64,000 nt of DNA from the human T2T-CHM13v2.0 reference genome, Homo sapiens. The notes beneath the pieces were generated by a model. It made no database searches, was not told the DNA's origin, and saw only the letters and a program-made list of their open reading frames with translations. Position numbers and translations under genes: made by a program. The stretch lies in NCBI RefSeq assembly GCF_009914755.1, contig NC_060937.1. One strand, given 5' to 3'. This document shows, in pieces, positions 58,195-64,000 of this stretch (position 1 is its first letter; every line of letters starts with the position of its first letter).

Positions 58195-59420
58195 AAAATA
58201 GTGTTTTAGAGCAGTTTTACATTCACAGCAAAATTAAGAAAATGGTACAAAGTTTTCCCATATATGAATACTTCCTCTAACCATAGTTACATAGCTTTCC
58301 CCCATTACCAACCCTCCCTTTTACCCAGCAGAGTGATACATTGATGAGCCTACATTAACACATCATCACCAAAATTTTGTAGTTTACATTAGAATTCACT
58401 CTTAATGTTGTACATTCCATGTGATTAGACGGACCTATATCCATGGTTACACTAGTATATAGGGTACAACAGCCTCCCCTTATCCAAAGGGGATATGCTA
58501 CAAGACCCTCAATGGATGCCTAAAAGAGGATAGTACTGAAATTTATGTATCACGTGTTTTCTCTTATACCTTTTAGGATACATACATACCTATGATAAAA
58601 TTTAGTTTATAAATTAGGTACAATAAAAGATTAACAGCAATAACTAATATTTAAATAGAACAATCATAACAACATAACTGTACTATAATAAAAGTTATAT
58701 AAATGTGGTTTTTCTCTCCCTCTCAAAGTATCTTATACTGTGCTCACTCTTCATTCTCTCATAATGAAGAAAGAAAAGAGTGGAACAGTGTGAGATTTCA
58801 TCACACTACTGAGAACAATACACAATCTAAAACTTATCAATTGTTTATTTCTGAAATTTTCCATTTAGCATTTTCGCTGTACTAACATCCTCTGTGTTCT
58901 GCCTTGTCATTGTTCCCTCCCCCATCAAACATCCAGCAACCACTGATCTTTTTATTTCATAATTTTGCCCTTTCCAAAATATCACATAGTTGAAATTATA
59001 CAGTACATAGCATTTCCACATTGCCTTCTTTCACTTAGTAATATGCATTTAAATTTTCTCCCTGTCTTTACATGGCCTGATAACTCTTTTATTTTTTAGT
59101 GCTGAATAATATGGCATTGTCTGAATGTACAGCAGTCAATTTATCTATTCACAGACTGAAGGACATGCTAGATGATTTCAAATTTGGGCAGTTAGAAGTA
59201 AAGCTGCTATAAGCATCTATTTGCAGGTTTGTATGGACATAAATTTTTAAATCCTTTGCGTAAATACCAAAGAACATGCTTGCTAGATCATATGGTAAAG
59301 ATATGTTCAGTTTTGCAAGAATCCGCCAGATTGTCCTCCAAAATGACTCTGCCATTTTGCATTCCCACCAGCAGCAAAGGAGAGTTCCTCTTGCTGTACA
59401 TGATCATCAGTCTTTGGTGT
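58195..59420 (-). mobile_element. L1MC1-like 3' end, interrupted by MER44
   Basis: TTTTAGAGCAGTTTTACATTCACAGCAAAATT...GATGAGCCTACATTAACACATC...CAGCAACCACTGATCTTTT...CATTTTGCATTCCCACCAGCA. Confidence 0.82.
58467..58875 (-). mobile_element. MER44/Tigger7 DNA transposon derivative, one terminal repeat missing
   Basis: TA then ...CCCCTTATCCAAAGGGGATATG...GGATGCCT; GAGATTTCATCACACTACTGAGAAC...TTGTTTATTTCTGAAATTTTCCATTTA. Confidence 0.8.
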
Positions 59421-62400
59421 TTTCTCACCAGTCTTTGTCAGTGTGGATTCTGAGTTCTCACCTTTTTAAATAGGAATTCTCATAAGAAACTCTACAGTTT
59501 TATGTCTGTACAAGTAATCATTACTTAGCAATAAAGGGTAAACATGCATTAATTTATTATTTCATTCACTTAGCAGTAAGTATGGGTATGAAATAAGTAG
59601 AGTTATGCTAGAAATAAAAATATAAAACCGTTAAGTTTGAAGTGTCCTACCTTTTTAAAATTTTATCTCCAAATGCAGAAAAAGAAACATTACAATATTT
59701 TGTTATATGTGTTAGGATTAAAGTATTTAAAAAATGTCATAGAGTCCGAGACCAGGTGCTCAGTCTGGGAATGGGGAAAAGCTATTTGAAAGAGCTATCA
59801 CTTATATTGTATTATTGTATAATGTGTTTAACTTAGGATATTTGCAGTTCAGATCATCCAATTACATTATTATATCAGGCATTTATGCTTTTATTGGATG
59901 TTTGAGTTTTTCTTATATTCAATTTTTTTGTATTATATTAATAAAGTAGAATTTGCTTTTTAGTTTATTCCCTTCATTGAAGATCTTATATATAATAACA
60001 AGGTACTCTTAAACTAATCAAATGATATTCCATTTACCTCTTTTATTAACTCATATTTGCTTTAATTCAGTAAATGTTTGAGATACAAAGGTGAATGTGA
60101 CAGGTCTTGGATTGGATGACAAAGCAGGAATAGAAAGATCAACTTGATACAATCAGGAAAAGTTTTGCAATGTTTGTTAGTAATGTATGAATTGAATCTT
60201 AAAAATAGGAAGGAATTTGCCGATGACAAATGTGCACACTGTGTTCCAGAAAAGTAAAGCTGTATAGTAACATGAAAAATTATGTTTTCACCATAATCCC
60301 ATTTTTCTTATTTATGAAAATATTCGACAAAGCTTTTTATTTAAATATCTTATGATACTCTGGGACACAGACACATTGTGTTAGAAAAACTATCACTCTA
60401 ACCTGTCTACACTATGGTAATGCTAATACTACTTTTTAGTGATTTAATTAATTTTAATAAATCTCAAGAACAAAGAGTTTTTAAAAATTGTAACACTTCA
60501 AAATAATATATTTTTTTTTTCTGCAAGGTGGATTGGTGACATCCAGCAATGATAACAAAATAAAGCAAACCTAAGTCGTTGAATACATAACATTAAAGGA
60601 ACTTGTATTTAAAAATTTGTCAGCTGGTATTATTTGTAGGAGTAATCTAGATGTTGGCAAAATAGCACTCCTCTGTTTCATTTTTTAAAATAAACTATGA
60701 AATAGAAAATTACACACGATTAAAACTAATGGAATACTATGTTTTTAAAAACCCTAAAATATAATAATATAAAGTACCAAGGTAAAGGTGCAGGGTGGGG
60801 TCACTAAAGTACATGCTCCCCAGCAAAGGCATCTGTTTAAAAAAGAGCGAATTATAAAAGTGCAGCTTAGCTCTCTTTCTGCTTCATTTTGGGAGAGACT
60901 ATTTCATTTCCACTTATTAAAAATAGTAGAGATTTTTTTTCCACATGAATATATTCAGCTTAAATAAGTATTACTGAAAAATTGGGTGATATGTTTTCAA
61001 ACTTAGAAGGAAATATTGCTCATCCAGAATTAATAATAGCTTAGTATTATTAATGTATTTTCTAATACTCTCTATTATGAAAAATAGTTTTCATCTGATT
61101 CATTACTCAAAACCAATTTTTTTTATTCAATAGCCCATTTTTTTCCCAAGCAAATCTTATGCTGTTTAAAAAAATTAATTTTGGGGAAGAAGAAAAAATT
61201 TTAGTTGTTTTTCTATATCAATTTTGTCATGGAGTAAGTACCTTTAGTTACCCCTTTTTCCCTGTAACTTACCATTTTGCACACTCAGGTATACTTGAAG
61301 AAGTCATTTACCAGATGTGTTTTCAATAAACTTTTCATTAAATAAATAATTTTAAATTAGAGATATATGTCTTTATCATTTATAAATTGTACCAATTGAT
61401 TCAACACTTTCTCACTCCCAGTAATTCCTAACATACTACAACTCTTTTACATTTTTATCCTCTGTTTTTAAGTCACCTACTATTTTATATATCATCCAAT
61501 TATTATCAGAAAAAGAATAGAAAAATCAATTGTCCTGCAGCAACAACCAAACCAAATTTGCTCATTTTTCTAAGTATAGACTAACTTAGTTGTATAAAAA
61601 TATCTCTAGGAATACCATATATTTTTTCAGTTTATCATTTGGGTAACAGACACTTTCAAGGCGACTTAAGTTTTTCAGTGATTGAGATGGACAGTGATGG
61701 TTCCTCTTCTCTCTTTGGTTTGTTTTTCTATCTCTATGCTAGTTAAGTCCTCTGTGCTGCACTCAGTGTACTTTCCACCCAATTCAGCCTTCTCCTGATA
61801 GAATATATCTTCTCAACATTTTCATACTTTTTTAAATTGTAAAATCTCACTGTCTTGTGTCTACTTCTTTTGCATTTTACTATGCAGCTAATTACTGCCC
61901 CGTGATCAATCAATTACTGTTTAGATACTAATGGTGATACAGGTTTAAAATCTCCATCTGTTTCTCTTTTCCTTTATATTTGAATTCTCCTACAAGTCAT
62001 CTGAAAGCTTCAATGCTTTATTCCTGATTAACATTTTAGTGATTAAGTAAATCTTGAGGGTGGGAAAAAATGTCTGTCTTGATGGACAATCATTTGTGAT
62101 TAAATGAATGAATGGATATTAAGATCTTTGTATGAGTATTTTTATAATACACACCCCTGAAAATCCCACATTCAGCATTCATGATTCTCAGCATTTAGGA
62201 ACAAATCTTAAAATATGTGAAACTTTGTATTTTTGCTAGATAAAATTGTTAACAATATCTGAGCAGTTAGCTGTTAAATTAGCCAACCAATCTCATGATT
62301 TCCATGTGATATCTGACCTTTTATCATTATCTATTTTATTTTTATACCCATTAAATATCATGTTACCTTTTAAAGAAAATAAAGTCCTAAAGAAAGTCAT

Positions 62401-62482
62401 TTGTGAATTACTTCATTAATATTTAAGTGAAGATGTCTAATAAAATATGTCTACTGATTCACGAATCATGAGTTTTAGCCGG

Positions 62483-62776
62483 TTTTTTGTTTTGTTTTTA
62501 TTTTTGAGACAGGGTCTTGCTCTGTCACCCAGACTGGAGTGCAGTGGTGTGATCATGGCTCACTGCAGCCTCAGCCTTCCAGGTTCAAGTGATTCTGCCA
62601 CCTCAGTATCACAAGTAGGTTGGTCTAGAGGTGCATGCCATTATACCCAGCTAATTTTTAAGTTTTTTTGTAGAGATGAGATCTCACTCTGTTGCCCAAA
62701 CTGTTCTCAAATTCCTGGCCTCAAGCAGTCTTCCCACCTTGGCTTCCCAAAGTGCTGGGAGTCACCTTGCTTAGCC
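62483..62776 (-). mobile_element. AluJ
   Basis: GAGACAGGGTCTTGCTCTGTCACCCAG, CACTGCAGCCTC and CCTGGCCTCAAGCAG are J-type; small deletion near the 5' end. Confidence 0.9.
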
Positions 62777-63082
62777 AGAGAGTTAATCAGTTTTAATCAG
62801 AAAAATGTCTGGGAATATTAAAAAGACTAGGCTTAATATTTGCTAATATAATCTACATGTCTCACATGACCTATATATTCTCTACGTCACCCTGCTTGGT
62901 TACTCTAAAAATTTGCCATTATGTGGAAAACAGGTTAACTAGAAACTAAAAAGATAACATGAGTAAACTTGATTAGACTTTGAGAAAAAATAAAATTAAA
63001 ACTGCTGTAAAAGATAATTTAAGTGAAAATTGGTCTAGATATCTGACAGCATTTTTTAATATATTGTATTAAGAAATTTCTC

Positions 63083-63383
63083 AGCCAGTCATAGTGGCTC
63101 ACACTTGTAATCCCAACACTTTGGGAACCCCATGCAGGAAGGCTGCTTGAGACCAAGAGTTTGAAACCAGCCTGGACATTACAGAGAGACCCCAACTCTG
63201 CAAAAAAAAAAAAAAAAATCCTGGGCATGGTGGAATATTCCTGTGTTCCCAGTTTCTCCCAGGGCTGCGTTTGGAGGATTGTTTGAGCCCAGGTGATCAA
63301 GGCTGCACTGAGCCATAATTATATCACTGCACTCTGGACTGGACAATAGAGTGAGACCCTGTCTCTAAATAAATAAATTAATT
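63083..63383 (+). mobile_element. AluJ
   Basis: GGAAGGCTGCTTGAGACCAAGAGTTTG, GAGCCCAGGTGATCAAGGCTGCA; (TAAA)n tail; TSD AAATTTCTC (63074-63082, 63384-63392). Confidence 0.9.
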
Positions 63384-64000
63384 AAATTTCTCTTTACTTT
63401 CTTATGTGCACATGCACATGAAGGTTGGTCTTCAGTTGCCCTGTTGAAATTAGAGTGTGGTGAAACAATGCAAGATATACTGTGGAGGTTTTTTATTTGT
63501 TTTTGTTTTCCTGTGAGTTATAAACAGTTCATTCTCTGATGCAGAGGTATGGTGTTTCCCTCAACATATGTTGTACTAAACTGGCAGGCTAACTTGTTAG
63601 CTTGTAAGTAGGGTAAATCTCAGATCTTTCACAATTTAACTCAAAATTTTTGAAAGCAAGGATGATACAACATTGAAGACCTTTGTAGAGGAAGTCGAGA
63701 ACCACACAAGTCAATAAGAATCAGTAGCAGACAGATTGACCAACTGTAGTTTCAATTAGGCAAAACTGGTCTTTCTCTTTGCTGTACATTAATAAGGAAA
63801 GGTTATTGAAGGCCTACATCTAGGACGTAGGGTTGAAATAAGTGAACGGGAAGCCCTAATGGTCAGGGGGAGAAAAGGTCAAGGAATTTCCAAAGCTTGT
63901 ATAAGGCTTTTGTCAAGAAGAAAACATTAGAAATGATTTTGTTTGTTGCTGTCTTTACCAGGTAGGAACAGAAAGGGATAATTAGCTTCCAGAGCTCTTG

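Noticed and set aside
63600-63760. Possible processed-pseudogene fragment (KIFESKDDTTLKTFVEEVENHTSQ*)
   Set aside because: Too short, no recognisable parent gene, no poly(A) tail or TSD

Overview
AT-rich, gene-poor human genomic DNA (intergenic or deep intronic). The human assignment rests on a young AluYb-lineage insertion, a human-specific subfamily. I find no credible protein-coding gene, RNA gene, CRISPR array or novel multi-gene system. The longer ORFs in the track are decayed L1 ORF1/ORF2 or MaLR-internal remnants, or chance frames through Alu/LTR sequence; the short ORFs in AT-rich DNA look like chance. The window is a layered record of mobile elements: an L1PA with an intact 5'UTR but a ~2.2 kb internal deletion, a 5'-inverted L1PA7/8, several old L1M pieces, nine Alus, a two-LTR THE1 element, solo LTRs (MER54, MER52, MER50, THE1, MST, MLT1), DNA transposon fossils (Tigger1, MER44, MER58, MADE1), and L2/MIR remnants. 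The most interesting signals are structural: a probably polymorphic AluYb inside the L1, an inferred ~2 kb ancient inversion that splits an MLT1 LTR, a permuted duplicate of MaLR sequence 3 kb upstream, a tail-less Alu, a templated 32-bp copy, and a close inverted Alu pair. Subfamily names come from recalled consensus sequences and boundaries of old elements are approximate; both need RepeatMasker/Dfam confirmation.
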